NCBI GenBank assembly: GCA_024277435.1
Contig: JAJRVJ010000028.1
Location: 14,114-78,113, forward strand
Origin: Patescibacteria group bacterium
Lineage (GTDB): Bacteria > Patescibacteriota > Patescibacteriia > UBA9570
Reading direction: 5' to 3'
DNA length: 64,000 nucleotides
Under the pieces are notes generated by a model. The model ran no database searches. It was given only the letters and a program-made list of their open reading frames with translations, and was not told where the DNA came from. The translations under genes and the position numbers were made by a program. Positions 30,801 through 39,947 of the stretch are shown here, one piece after another (the stretch's first letter is position 1; the number at the start of each line of letters is the position of its first letter).

Positions 30801-32011
30801 CAGTGGATTCATCTGGTGATAACGTGGCTTGGGCAGAACGAGCTAGTACAGGTAGTGATTATAATATGGATCATGCCGCAGATGATAGTGGTTACGAGTA
30901 TTCCACAGAATATGATACGTATGGTGCAATTGCTCCAATTCCATCTACCGATAGCATATTCTTATATGATACGTTGTTAGAAGCACCAGATAATATCTAT
31001 AAGTGGGGTAGCTATAGTTATCAACCATTTGTATTTGTGGATTATGCTGATACTTTCACCGCTGGTAGACCACTATCGTGTATTGGTGAGTGTGAGCAAA
31101 AATGGTGTGTAAGTGATTTTGGTGAAGGTTCCTTTTATGATCAAGGTGATGGAATCTGTTCAACGAGTGATGATTGTAGCGATGGCGGAGTATGTGTAGG
31201 TGTAGGCCGTGAGGAGATTAGCGGTGAAGGCTTGAGTAGTGTAAGTAGTTATGAGGACCAAATAGTGCAAACCGCTGTTGCAGGCCGCGATCGCTTAAAG
31301 CATGTGTTTGCGGATGTAGTGGGTAGTTATTATCGACCAGCGTATCGGGTAGATTCAGCTTCTCGCATGTATAATACTGATACTATCTATGGAGCAGATG
31401 GTTACTGGTTGAATGATCCAACAGATTCTTCCTCGGGAAATATCTTTGATGACATGGTAGTATGTGATGGCAATGAGCGTGATGATAACGATAAAGGGCT
31501 TGATGCAGAATATTGTGGTGTGCGCCCAGTAATCGATGATCCTGAAGATCCTATTGCCTTCGATGATCAAACTGCTTATACGGAAAATAAATATACCATT
31601 ACTAATGGTAAAACCGTTACGCTTAGCTTTACTTCAGATGTAGATCCAGAACAAAAGCCATTGAAATCAATCTATATCGATTGGGGAGATGGTAAAACAA
31701 CTAGCGATCCATGGGATGCTGATACCACAACGCATTATTATACACATTCATATCAATGTGGCCCAGAGTACCAGCAGTATACTGAAGAATATTCAGCAGC
31801 TGATGGTGGCACCTGTGTATATAAGCCAAAGATTACCGTTGTAGATAACTGGTTATGGTGCTCTGGTAATATCACCGATGCAACAGCATTGCCTACTAGT
31901 GGTAATCAGTATCGGTCGGCGGAGAATGTGGGTAATGCACTAGAAAGCTGTAATAGTTGGGATACACCTAATTTTGATATCGAAGTAGTATCTGGTAGTG
32001 GTTCAAGCTAA
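27881..32011 (+). CDS. Giant secreted protein, part 2 (vWA-domain-containing), probably continuous with part 1
   Basis: The frame is open from 27518, directly after the TAA of part 1, with no ATG before the TTG at 27881. vWA MIDAS motif DIVFIMDTSSS at about 28130-28160 and IILVTDTGDEY. Same amino acid composition as part 1. Confidence 0.75.
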   Translation: MSFDARFDGNFEEIGESDDPSTVSACLKHNNMVFIGDCDSSSQCTNDSSISCTDDLDGDGRDFECDVAVSRQDCWSEGRSSADIVFIMDTSSSTSTYLENTRTSIPNLVAELERREIAAKYAVIDMDSDGSSAMTTLELQVTSDVEDISNTFDSDSSVCSGVDFYNTGVSWRNDDPCLNSSGASVDPYAAIADVLENNIQAYNSNSEGGTLSSADLAMRGSALPIIILVTDTGDEYSSNIYDEAYVLDLFYETEAIIIAVTPDTLYSSYGDAASYYSGITSVSGGEVITAINDADWTADGSVIDSLVTIIEEEVDQFQFDNIMQNYALGPITLDNRSLEDGELGAAEGKLITSELELRASDNSVFQIDNVSLKPVLLASQEVEVDPIGRTCRAWPASDSLQCEYTDTSGAQYQGWRGYCLESDPFNRRRCITWWPLDYLSGEASITKRESAGYDGRTELQYCLVAKGYEDPGFCDQAEWDDSGDTITYGDGQICTDDSQCSSGTCVKSVRHTVDDPTSSSSKPNFSTPLTTNAPEDGYTYRMRWQTNDPNAMEHGTLYEQYLANGFDLDDLVESFFLSPFTLLDSSDDIKVDAATVVRLPASEVLRNVHVSEIESIIFNTGSAGFGDESVSNGPEWTYWGQLGKTGDTGLTGATADVTETYVDGDGNAINPEDNDNECGTNGFDCNKYGNWVISDFAEGSINQNDDGSQKPWEDCYAYRANDGLDIDTMGIGCRVWGAYDSNYELDYYDDAENFDYYDTSGNSTEMDIVYTWAWSNFDYGLGTADDADATDYNCNTGSSTNEDKYPYRWENLEDREDLWFDSPCIGDAVKQVMGVEGSGSQNPWKRLGNADNLNNCIESYEGEFSSEEVKICVEEDPGDNWSAWTSWTERLAIEDEDWGAFEQHSSGGNNIFSLWIDVNSDGYISAVYYLIYTGAMGTYDFATSVDAANFNLTFDNDMSLDFQLRESCALVVEAVDSSGDNVAWAERASTGSDYNMDHAADDSGYEYSTEYDTYGAIAPIPSTDSIFLYDTLLEAPDNIYKWGSYSYQPFVFVDYADTFTAGRPLSCIGECEQKWCVSDFGEGSFYDQGDGICSTSDDCSDGGVCVGVGREEISGEGLSSVSSYEDQIVQTAVAGRDRLKHVFADVVGSYYRPAYRVDSASRMYNTDTIYGADGYWLNDPTDSSSGNIFDDMVVCDGNERDDNDKGLDAEYCGVRPVIDDPEDPIAFDDQTAYTENKYTITNGKTVTLSFTSDVDPEQKPLKSIYIDWGDGKTTSDPWDADTTTHYYTHSYQCGPEYQQYTEEYSAADGGTCVYKPKITVVDNWLWCSGNITDATALPTSGNQYRSAENVGNALESCNSWDTPNFDIEVVSGSGSS

Positions 32012-32020
32012 TATATAAGT

Positions 32021-34825
32021 ATGATGAAACGTATTCTTGCACAATTCAAGCCAAATTTTCTAGCGGTAATTGCTATTGGGTGTATTGTTGCATTCACTAC
32101 AGTAATGCCTACTTTAGGGGAGGCTGGTCTTCTAGAATTTTCTAAAGATACAGTATTATATCTTGTGTCAGCTATTGCGTACTTCTTCTTGATATACATC
32201 ATGGGTAAATTAGCTACCCTTGGAACAAAGTTAGTGGTTACCACAGCGTATTTTAAGAATTTTACAGATTTACCAGCTGTTATTGAAGGTTGGCAAGTGG
32301 TGCGAGATCTTTCCAATATGTTCTTTATAGTAATTCTTCTAGCTATAGCGTTTGGTACGTTATTTAGAATTGAAGCCTATTCTTGGAAAAAGCTCTTACC
32401 AAAAATGGTATTAGCCGCTGTACTCATTAATTACTCTCGTGCAATTGTAGGTGTAGTTGTGGATGCGTCTCAAATTATCATGCTTACATTTGCTGAGGCA
32501 GTAGCAGCAGCAGCCGACAAAGGAATTGCTAAAGCCTTTAACTTAGGTGATTTATTATCATTTGGTACCAGCGTGTTGCCGGATGGGTCAGCATCAAATA
32601 ACCCGGCGGTAGCTTCTCCCGAGCAGCGTTTATTAGGTATTGTAGCTGCCGGATTAATGTTATCGGTATTAGTAGCTGTACAATTTACCTACGCCGCTGT
32701 ATTAGCTGGCCGTTTAGCGATGATTTGGTTTTTAACAGTGCTGTCTCCGTTGGCATTCGTTATGATGGTATTACCATCTACCGAGAAGTATTATAAACAG
32801 TGGATGGAAATGTTAGGGCGGTATGTAACGGTAGGTCCAATGATATTATTTTATCTCTGGTTATCCATGTTCATTGGCTCCAAGGCTGGAGAAAATTTAG
32901 CAACACAAGCTACAAGTAAAAACCTTGGTGAATTTGTAGATCTTAGCAATGGAGGGTCTGCCGCTGATGCTGTACGTCCAGATATTGTGGTGTCATTTCT
33001 TATTTCCACCATGATGTTATTAGCTGGTTTGAAAATGGCAAATGATAACGCATCCGAAATGGGTACTATTACTAGTAAGGCATCTTCGGTTGGCCAGTTT
33101 GTGGCTAAAGCTCCGCTAAAGTATGGTGCCAAACCAGTAGCAGGGTATGCCGCAGATAAGGTATACGAGGGTACTGGTTTAGATATGAACTTGGTGCGGG
33201 TGGCTAACCGTTGGAAGGAAGGCTTAGATGAGTCACGTAAGAAACGTGAACTACGTGGCCGTACTAAGGCTGGTGAGGCGTATCGAAATGGTAGCTTGTT
33301 ACATGGTGCGTTGGGAGCTGGTGATGAAGTTGTAGAAAAAGGCTTAACTGTAGATCAATTTCGTGGTGGTATTCAAGGGAATTTGGGAATTACAGCTGCT
33401 TTAAATGCAATTAGTGGAGATGCAAAGATTGGAGATAGAATCTCTATGAGTAAGCAGGGGCGTTATAATAGAGCCAGAGAGCGTGAGCAAAATCTACGGG
33501 ACGCTCATATAGCAGCTAGTGGAAAATTAGCATCTGATAAAGCGGATTTGGAAAAGAAGCATATGACGGTGCGTGATTTTGAGGCTGAAAAAGCTCGTCG
33601 TGAAAATGGAGTAACGCGGGCGGATGATCAGGCTGCAGCGTTTGCTGCTGGTGGAGGATCCATTAAATTAAATATGGAAAAGGCGGATGATAGAGCGTTA
33701 CTTGAAGCGCGCAAGAGTCACTTAGAATTATTACCAACCAGTCCAGCTATTCAGGCTGAGTTAGGGCGCCTTGATAAGGCAATGGGTACCTCAGGAGAGT
33801 TTACGCTTACCGATGCAGATGTGCAGTTAAGCGGAGCTGATGGAGCATTAGATTTATTGAAGAAGGAAAGAGAAAGTCATCGTGATCGTTGGAATGCAGA
33901 TAGAGGTACTATCACAGACGGTGATCGTATACACACTGGCTCTGATCTGGAATCATTTATTAGCGGTAAGCTATCTGGCCAGCAAGATGATGTTAATAAA
34001 TTAAAATCATCACTAGATGCCGCTACTAATGCCCGTCGCGATCTGGCGCCAGCCCTAACCATGAATACTGAATTGCAGCAACGTTCCGTTATTGGTGAGG
34101 CTAAGAAAAAGATTGTTACTAACGATTCCTCAGAATTATCCTCCAACTTTTTAAATGCCATGCTGCAAGGCAGCTCTCGCGGCCCGGAGGCTTTAGCGCT
34201 CCTAGAGCGATTAGCAGAAACTGGTAACTATAATGATGCACTTGGTGCTATGCGAGATTTTTACTCTTCCCAGGGAGATGACGCTAAGGCTAGTACTTTT
34301 TCCTACGGGTATCAAGGTATTCAAGCTTTATATAAAGAATTACAAGCTCGCACTGGCATGAATGATCAAGCTATTTTGAGTTCTATCCATTATGCTGGGC
34401 AGAAAGCTAAGGATTCTAACCACACCCCACTAACCGAAATTACTGAAGTGGTTGATGGAAGAATTCAGATGCGTCCACAGGAATTGGCAGAAGCTATTGC
34501 TATTGGTGAGGAGAATAAGAAAGATGCTATGTCTGTATCTAAATCAACTCGCCTACGGATACTTGATGGTGATTTTCATAAAGGTGAGATGGGGTATTTA
34601 GATAATATGGCAGCCAACATTATGGATCAAACAGATACCCGTGGGCGCATTCGTATGACAAGAAATCTTCTTGAGGAGCTAATAAAAGGCGATACAAAAA
34701 CCCTCATTGATGGCATGACGCGCTGGCAGCATTTTGCAAAAATGACCATTGATAAACATGGCAAAGAGGGGCGTGCAAAAATGAACGAGTTATTAGATCG
34801 TATGAATTATAGTGAACGAATTTAA
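32021..34825 (+). CDS. VirB6/TrbL-like polytopic membrane protein with a long coiled-coil C-terminal domain (T4SS inner-membrane component candidate)
   Basis: Six to seven transmembrane helices in the first about 330 aa, then a hydrophilic coiled-coil region of about 550 aa. Its position before PrgI-like and VirB4 genes mirrors Gram-positive T4SS order (PrgH-PrgI-PrgJ). Confidence 0.45.
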   Translation: MMKRILAQFKPNFLAVIAIGCIVAFTTVMPTLGEAGLLEFSKDTVLYLVSAIAYFFLIYIMGKLATLGTKLVVTTAYFKNFTDLPAVIEGWQVVRDLSNMFFIVILLAIAFGTLFRIEAYSWKKLLPKMVLAAVLINYSRAIVGVVVDASQIIMLTFAEAVAAAADKGIAKAFNLGDLLSFGTSVLPDGSASNNPAVASPEQRLLGIVAAGLMLSVLVAVQFTYAAVLAGRLAMIWFLTVLSPLAFVMMVLPSTEKYYKQWMEMLGRYVTVGPMILFYLWLSMFIGSKAGENLATQATSKNLGEFVDLSNGGSAADAVRPDIVVSFLISTMMLLAGLKMANDNASEMGTITSKASSVGQFVAKAPLKYGAKPVAGYAADKVYEGTGLDMNLVRVANRWKEGLDESRKKRELRGRTKAGEAYRNGSLLHGALGAGDEVVEKGLTVDQFRGGIQGNLGITAALNAISGDAKIGDRISMSKQGRYNRAREREQNLRDAHIAASGKLASDKADLEKKHMTVRDFEAEKARRENGVTRADDQAAAFAAGGGSIKLNMEKADDRALLEARKSHLELLPTSPAIQAELGRLDKAMGTSGEFTLTDADVQLSGADGALDLLKKERESHRDRWNADRGTITDGDRIHTGSDLESFISGKLSGQQDDVNKLKSSLDAATNARRDLAPALTMNTELQQRSVIGEAKKKIVTNDSSELSSNFLNAMLQGSSRGPEALALLERLAETGNYNDALGAMRDFYSSQGDDAKASTFSYGYQGIQALYKELQARTGMNDQAILSSIHYAGQKAKDSNHTPLTEITEVVDGRIQMRPQELAEAIAIGEENKKDAMSVSKSTRLRILDGDFHKGEMGYLDNMAANIMDQTDTRGRIRMTRNLLEELIKGDTKTLIDGMTRWQHFAKMTIDKHGKEGRAKMNELLDRMNYSERI

Positions 34826-34833
34826 TAGTATAT

Positions 34834-36666
34834 ATGGTGGAGTTAACAACAATAATTAAAGCAGAATTCGACTTATCAGACAGTAAGCAGTTTGATGAGC
34901 ATATTGGGTTTCTTAAGGAAAATGTAAGCTGGGAGCGAGCGTATGAAGCGTTGCGTGTAATTCCTATTTATGAACAATGGCTAGAAAAGCACCCTTCTTT
35001 TATTACTGGGCATCCCGAAAAAACTGAAATTATTCGTACATTACTTGTAGATAATCGTTGGATTGCCTTGCGTATGATAAGCCATGATGAGGTGTTGGAA
35101 TTATACAAGCAACACATTCTTAATGTGTTCACCATAGAAGATCGCTATGATGAAATGGATGGCTATAGTGATCTACCAAAAATGATCTTACACGAGTATC
35201 TTCGAGCTCACTTGTTAACAATCCGTATACTCGATGACCGTGATGAATTTAAACACGCTATTATTAACGCACTTACTCGTAATCAAGAACCTATTACATC
35301 GGCTCCATATTTTGCTGATATTAAAGAAACTACACCTACATTAGCCAATTGGTTTGCTGAATATATAGAGTTCATGGTGCCAGATGTTAGATACTCACAG
35401 TTTCAGCAATCAAAATTTTTCAAAACAAATGAAAACATATTGCGCCTTTCTAATAAAGAATTACATCGTCTCCGGTTGTTATTTGACCTCTACGAACGTT
35501 TACGAATTTCTTCTTGGCGCCCTACTGGTATGGAAGAAAGTTTATTCTATGATGGAGAGCAAGGAGTTGGTGTGGTACAATATGAAGAGATCATTCCTTA
35601 TGCAAAGGAAGATCAAGAACGAATTAAAAAAGCTATGCAACATATTCAACAACAACAAGCTAAAAAAGATGCGGCTAACCCTCCTGCAGCTCGTCCACCT
35701 GTAGATCAGGTGCGGGCGCGTCCTACGGTGCATCCAGATATTGAAGGGTTAGATATGGATTCTACAGAAGGTCCGGATCATTTTAGTAAGCAAGATGATG
35801 AAGAAATATTCCGTCATGAAGAAAAAAGTAATATTCTTACAAAAGTAGATCCACAATACGAAAATCGGGCTCATGCACTAAAGGATCATCTGCAAGTTTC
35901 ATTTCAAACTCCCGAGGTAGAAAAGAAGTTTACCGCATTACTAGTGTCTGTATTGCGTGGCTTACGTGATGTTATGGAGTTACGCAGTTATCTAGAAGAG
36001 TTGAAATATAGTAAAAAGCAAATTGAACATATTGTAGACGGTGTAAAAGCAGAGATCAAGGGTGATATTGTTCCAGCTAAGCAAAGGGAATCCGCTACAG
36101 CGGAACGTAAAACAGAACGTAGTAGGCCAACATTCAGTCAATTACAACAACAGGTAAAAACTGTACAGAAGCGTTATAGTGCAAGCCAGGATGATGTAGA
36201 TGATGCAGCGGTAGAATCAACAACAGTTAAACCACAACCAGTTGCAGCAGTGAATGAACGTAAACATTTATTACCTAAGTTGCGCCGGCCACGTCGTCAG
36301 AAAAAGCAATTAATTGACGATGTAAAGATCCAAGAATCTATGGTAATGAGCCCAATTGATGAATTGCGGGCAATGGATTTAATTGAATATCGTCGTTTAT
36401 CACCAAATCCAGCTGAGGCAGCTATGAAGTTGCGAGATAAAATATTTTTATTAGGAGATGATTCAGTTGCGAAGCAAGCAGAGGGCGTTCAGGCATTTAA
36501 AACATCATCACTCAATAAGCAATTTCTTGATATCGGCAACCGATCAATGAGTGAGGGCCGTAGTGTAACTGATGTTATTGTAGAAATGCAAAAAAGCGGA
36601 ATTCCTGTATTGAGTGTGGAAGAATTTAATGCAGTAGCCGACCTTAATAAGCAATTGCGCTTTTAA
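34834..36666 (+). CDS. Hypothetical 610-aa soluble protein within the T4SS-like cluster
   Basis: Long ORF, no recognisable motifs, with charged low-complexity central region. Confidence 0.6.
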   Translation: MVELTTIIKAEFDLSDSKQFDEHIGFLKENVSWERAYEALRVIPIYEQWLEKHPSFITGHPEKTEIIRTLLVDNRWIALRMISHDEVLELYKQHILNVFTIEDRYDEMDGYSDLPKMILHEYLRAHLLTIRILDDRDEFKHAIINALTRNQEPITSAPYFADIKETTPTLANWFAEYIEFMVPDVRYSQFQQSKFFKTNENILRLSNKELHRLRLLFDLYERLRISSWRPTGMEESLFYDGEQGVGVVQYEEIIPYAKEDQERIKKAMQHIQQQQAKKDAANPPAARPPVDQVRARPTVHPDIEGLDMDSTEGPDHFSKQDDEEIFRHEEKSNILTKVDPQYENRAHALKDHLQVSFQTPEVEKKFTALLVSVLRGLRDVMELRSYLEELKYSKKQIEHIVDGVKAEIKGDIVPAKQRESATAERKTERSRPTFSQLQQQVKTVQKRYSASQDDVDDAAVESTTVKPQPVAAVNERKHLLPKLRRPRRQKKQLIDDVKIQESMVMSPIDELRAMDLIEYRRLSPNPAEAAMKLRDKIFLLGDDSVAKQAEGVQAFKTSSLNKQFLDIGNRSMSEGRSVTDVIVEMQKSGIPVLSVEEFNAVADLNKQLRF

Positions 36667-36677
36667 CTATATAGCAC

Positions 36678-37241
36678 ATGCAGCAATTTGTTGTACCACA
36701 ATTTATTGAGGTGGAGTCCAAGGTAATTGGTCCAATTTCGGTACGGCAATTTATCATTCTTCTTGTTACCGCGGGTATCATTTATATATGGTTTGAATTA
36801 TTTAGCTTAGTTGTTTTTGCTATACTAGGAGTGGTGACGTTAGCAATTGGTGGTGTATTTGCTTTTGCAAAGGTAAATAGTCAGTCATTCCATGTATTTC
36901 TATTGAGTTTTATTCAAACAATGAAGCGACCAAAGCTTTCTGTTTGGCGAAGAGAGCATCCGATAAAGGCAATTGAAAAGAAGGGTCGTAAAGATAAGAA
37001 GGATAAGAAGGACGATACAGAATTTACACCAAAGCCTGATGTATCGCAATCACATCTAGCAGAGCTGGCACTTATCATGGATACTGAAGGACAGTACTCT
37101 CCACAAGACATAGAGCAATTACGCAAGGAGCAGCACGCAGAGGTACCAGCTCCAGTGCAATTACCAAAGGATGACCTTGTAGATCTTAATGCTGAGCAAC
37201 CAAGCCCTCAAAATTCTAATGAACGAGAACAGCAACAATAA
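36678..37241 (+). CDS. PrgI/VirB3-like small two-transmembrane protein
   Basis: VPQFIEVESKVIGPISVRQFIILLVTAGIIYIWF followed by a second transmembrane segment matches the PrgI (PF12666)/VirB3-like pattern. It sits immediately upstream of VirB4. Confidence 0.5.
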   Translation: MQQFVVPQFIEVESKVIGPISVRQFIILLVTAGIIYIWFELFSLVVFAILGVVTLAIGGVFAFAKVNSQSFHVFLLSFIQTMKRPKLSVWRREHPIKAIEKKGRKDKKDKKDDTEFTPKPDVSQSHLAELALIMDTEGQYSPQDIEQLRKEQHAEVPAPVQLPKDDLVDLNAEQPSPQNSNEREQQQ

Positions 37242-37258
37242 TTGTTGTATAACTGTAT

Positions 37259-38011
37259 ATGGCTAAAAAGAAAAAGCAAACAACTTCAAAAAAGGCAAAG
37301 GCCGAGGAGCTTAAAGCTCGGCAAGCTGGTGGCGGAATGAAAAAGAAGCGTAAGTCTGCACCAAATTCTCAGAGTAATATGCCTATTGCTGAGGTTAAGC
37401 AAGATACGGTTCTTTTAAAGGATGGTACGTTGCGATCTGTATTAGAAGTATCTTCAATTAACTTTGCGTTGAAGAGTGCAGATGAACAACAAGCTATTAT
37501 TCAAGGATATATTCAGTTTTTGAATTCTATTGATTTTGAACTACAAATTGTCATTCAGTCCCGCAAGCTTGATATTTCAAAATATCTTGAACAGCTCGAT
37601 AAATTAGCTAAGGAGCAAACGAACGAACTATTAAAAGTGCAAACTGTTGAATATCGTCAATATATCGATGAGTTAGTAACCTTATCGGAGATTATGGAGA
37701 AACGTTTTTTTGTAGTAGTTCCGTATTCACCATTTTCTAAAAAACGTAAAAGTTTTTTTACTCGAGCGCAAGAAGTATTATTTCCCAGCCGTGTAATTAA
37801 ATTGGCCGATAATAAATTTGCAAAATATAAGAAAGAACTCGATCGTAGAGTGGGAATTACCGCTGGGGGATTATCTTCAATTGGTTTAAAAATTGATATG
37901 TTAAGCACACAACGTTTAATTGAGTTATACTATCAAATATACAACCCAACTCGTGGAACTAGTAAAAAATTACCAGACCTAAATGATTTGCGAGTTGAGC
38001 AAGCAGGATAA
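37259..38011 (+). CDS. VirB4/TrbE/PrgJ N-terminal domain (CagE_TrbE_VirB-like)
   Basis: VLLKDGTLRSVLEVSSINFALKSADEQQAIIQGYIQFLNSIDFELQIVIQSR matches the VirB4 N-terminal motif pattern. It ends at TAA 38009-38011, in the same frame as the next ORF. Confidence 0.55.
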   Translation: MAKKKKQTTSKKAKAEELKARQAGGGMKKKRKSAPNSQSNMPIAEVKQDTVLLKDGTLRSVLEVSSINFALKSADEQQAIIQGYIQFLNSIDFELQIVIQSRKLDISKYLEQLDKLAKEQTNELLKVQTVEYRQYIDELVTLSEIMEKRFFVVVPYSPFSKKRKSFFTRAQEVLFPSRVIKLADNKFAKYKKELDRRVGITAGGLSSIGLKIDMLSTQRLIELYYQIYNPTRGTSKKLPDLNDLRVEQAG

Positions 38012-38014
38012 TAT

Positions 38015-39913
38015 ATGATTGATTTAAAGCGTGCAGCCGCGCAACAAGGCCAAACTACTAACGTAAGCCCTTTGAAGCCATCTTCTAAGGAGGACATAGA
38101 GGACCGCAAAAAAAAGCGTGCCAAAGAACAGCATGAATCACGTGAGTTATTAGAAGCTGCAAAATCATATGAAGAAGGGGTGCGCTCCATATTAGATTTG
38201 GTTGCGCCAGCAGCATTTAGAGCTAAACCACGGTTAGTGGATGTGGGTGGTAGATTTGTTTCAACGATGTTTGTGGTTACATATCCTCGTTATATTGCTG
38301 TGGGATGGTTTGCTCCAATTGTTACGTTAAACATCTCATTGGATGTGGCAATGTATTTTTATCCGGTAAAGCCTGCGATTATTCTGAAGCAACTAAAGAA
38401 AAAAGTAGGTTCACTAGAAGCCGAGCTTATTTCAGATGCAGAAAAAGGAGCGCCACGCGATCCGGTAAAAGAAACGGCTTTAAAAGATATTGAGGGATTG
38501 CGTGATAGCTTAACTCAGGGAACCGAAAAGTTTTTTCAATTCGCTTTATACATCAGCGCATACGCCGACACAGAAAAAGAACTTGAGGACCTTATGGAAA
38601 AATTAGATTCGGAATTTGGCTCTAAATTAGTTATTGCTAAACGCGTATTCTATCAGGCTGAACAAGGCTTTAATTCAACAATGCCTTTAGCGAATGATGA
38701 GTTGCAGGTGTATTTCAACATGAATTCATCACCCTGTGCTTCTTCATTCCCATTTATTTCAGCTGAGCTTACTAGTGATAATGGTATTTTATATGGTGTG
38801 AATCGGCATAATAATAGCCTGATTTTATTTGATCGCTTTGCTCTTCAGAATGCTAACTCTGTAGTATTTGCTACATCTGGTGCTGGTAAGAGTTATACGG
38901 TGAAATTAGAAGTATTACGTAGTTTAATGATGGGTACCGATGTAATTATTATTGATCCAGAAAATGAGTATAAGTTTTTATCTGATGCTGTAGGTGGAAC
39001 ATTTGTGAATGTATCGTTAAATTCCGAAGCAAAGATTAATCCGTTTGATTTACCTCGTCCGGTTGGCGGGGCTGATCGACCGGCCGATATTATTCGTTCA
39101 GCAGTTATTACTATCAAAGGTTTACTGCGCATCATGCTTGGTAAAATTACTCCAGGGGAAGATTCAATTATCGATCGAGCGCTTATTGAAACGTATGCAA
39201 AAAAAGATATTACACCAGACGCCGATCTCACAACTATAGAGCCACCAATAATGAAAGACTTCCAAGAAATTTTAGAAGGCTTTGATGGCAGTCATGATTT
39301 AGTATTACGCTTAAAGAAATACACTGAAGGTACATTCGCAGGTATGTTTGAAAGCCCTACAAATATTGATATGACGAATCAGTTAGTAGTATTTTCCGTA
39401 CGTGATTTAGAAGATGAATTACGCCCGATTGGTGTGTATACGGTAGTAAATTATATTTGGAATGTTGTACGATCGCAATTAAAGCGCCGTATTCTTATTA
39501 TTGATGAAGCCTGGTGGTTAATGCAAAATGAGGATTCGGCCAAGTTTATTTTTGCGCTGGTTAAACGATGTCGTAAATATTATCTTGGTGTAACTACTAT
39601 CACTCAGGATGTGAACGATTTCTTACTCTCTCCATATGGTAGAGCAATTGTAACTAACTCTCAATTGCAAATTCTACTAAAACAGTCCTCAGCCGCTATT
39701 GATAACATTCAAAAAACATTCTTACTTACAGAAGGTGAAAAATTCTTACTGCTAGAGGGTAATGTGGGCGAGGGGATATTCTTTGCTGGCTCACGTCACG
39801 CGGCTATTAAAGTGGTAGCATCGTATACAGAAGATCAAATTGTTACGTCCGATCCAAAGCAATTATTAGAAATCGATGATGCGAAAAAAGAATTCGCAAA
39901 CCAAAATCAATAG
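38015..39913 (+). CDS. VirB4-family T4SS ATPase (C-terminal ATPase domain)
   Basis: Walker A FATSGAGKSYTV, Walker B ILIIDEAWWLM. Typical VirB4/TraE C-terminal organisation. Confidence 0.85.
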   Translation: MIDLKRAAAQQGQTTNVSPLKPSSKEDIEDRKKKRAKEQHESRELLEAAKSYEEGVRSILDLVAPAAFRAKPRLVDVGGRFVSTMFVVTYPRYIAVGWFAPIVTLNISLDVAMYFYPVKPAIILKQLKKKVGSLEAELISDAEKGAPRDPVKETALKDIEGLRDSLTQGTEKFFQFALYISAYADTEKELEDLMEKLDSEFGSKLVIAKRVFYQAEQGFNSTMPLANDELQVYFNMNSSPCASSFPFISAELTSDNGILYGVNRHNNSLILFDRFALQNANSVVFATSGAGKSYTVKLEVLRSLMMGTDVIIIDPENEYKFLSDAVGGTFVNVSLNSEAKINPFDLPRPVGGADRPADIIRSAVITIKGLLRIMLGKITPGEDSIIDRALIETYAKKDITPDADLTTIEPPIMKDFQEILEGFDGSHDLVLRLKKYTEGTFAGMFESPTNIDMTNQLVVFSVRDLEDELRPIGVYTVVNYIWNVVRSQLKRRILIIDEAWWLMQNEDSAKFIFALVKRCRKYYLGVTTITQDVNDFLLSPYGRAIVTNSQLQILLKQSSAAIDNIQKTFLLTEGEKFLLLEGNVGEGIFFAGSRHAAIKVVASYTEDQIVTSDPKQLLEIDDAKKEFANQNQ

Positions 39914-39947
39914 TTATATTAATCGCCCAGTTTAATTACATAGAATT

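Noticed and set aside
19787-32011. Many minus-strand and alternative-frame ORFs inside the giant genes (for example 20062-20349, 21907-22230, 26485-26898, 29491-29922)
   Set aside because: They are nested within a very long, compositionally biased coding frame. Antisense ORFs of 60-140 aa are expected by chance there.
37259-39913. VirB4 read as a natural two-gene split (separate N-domain gene)
   Set aside because: It is not fully rejected. The two parts are co-framed with TAA-TAT-ATG between them and together equal a normal VirB4 length, so a single interrupted gene seems at least as likely. Both readings are reported.
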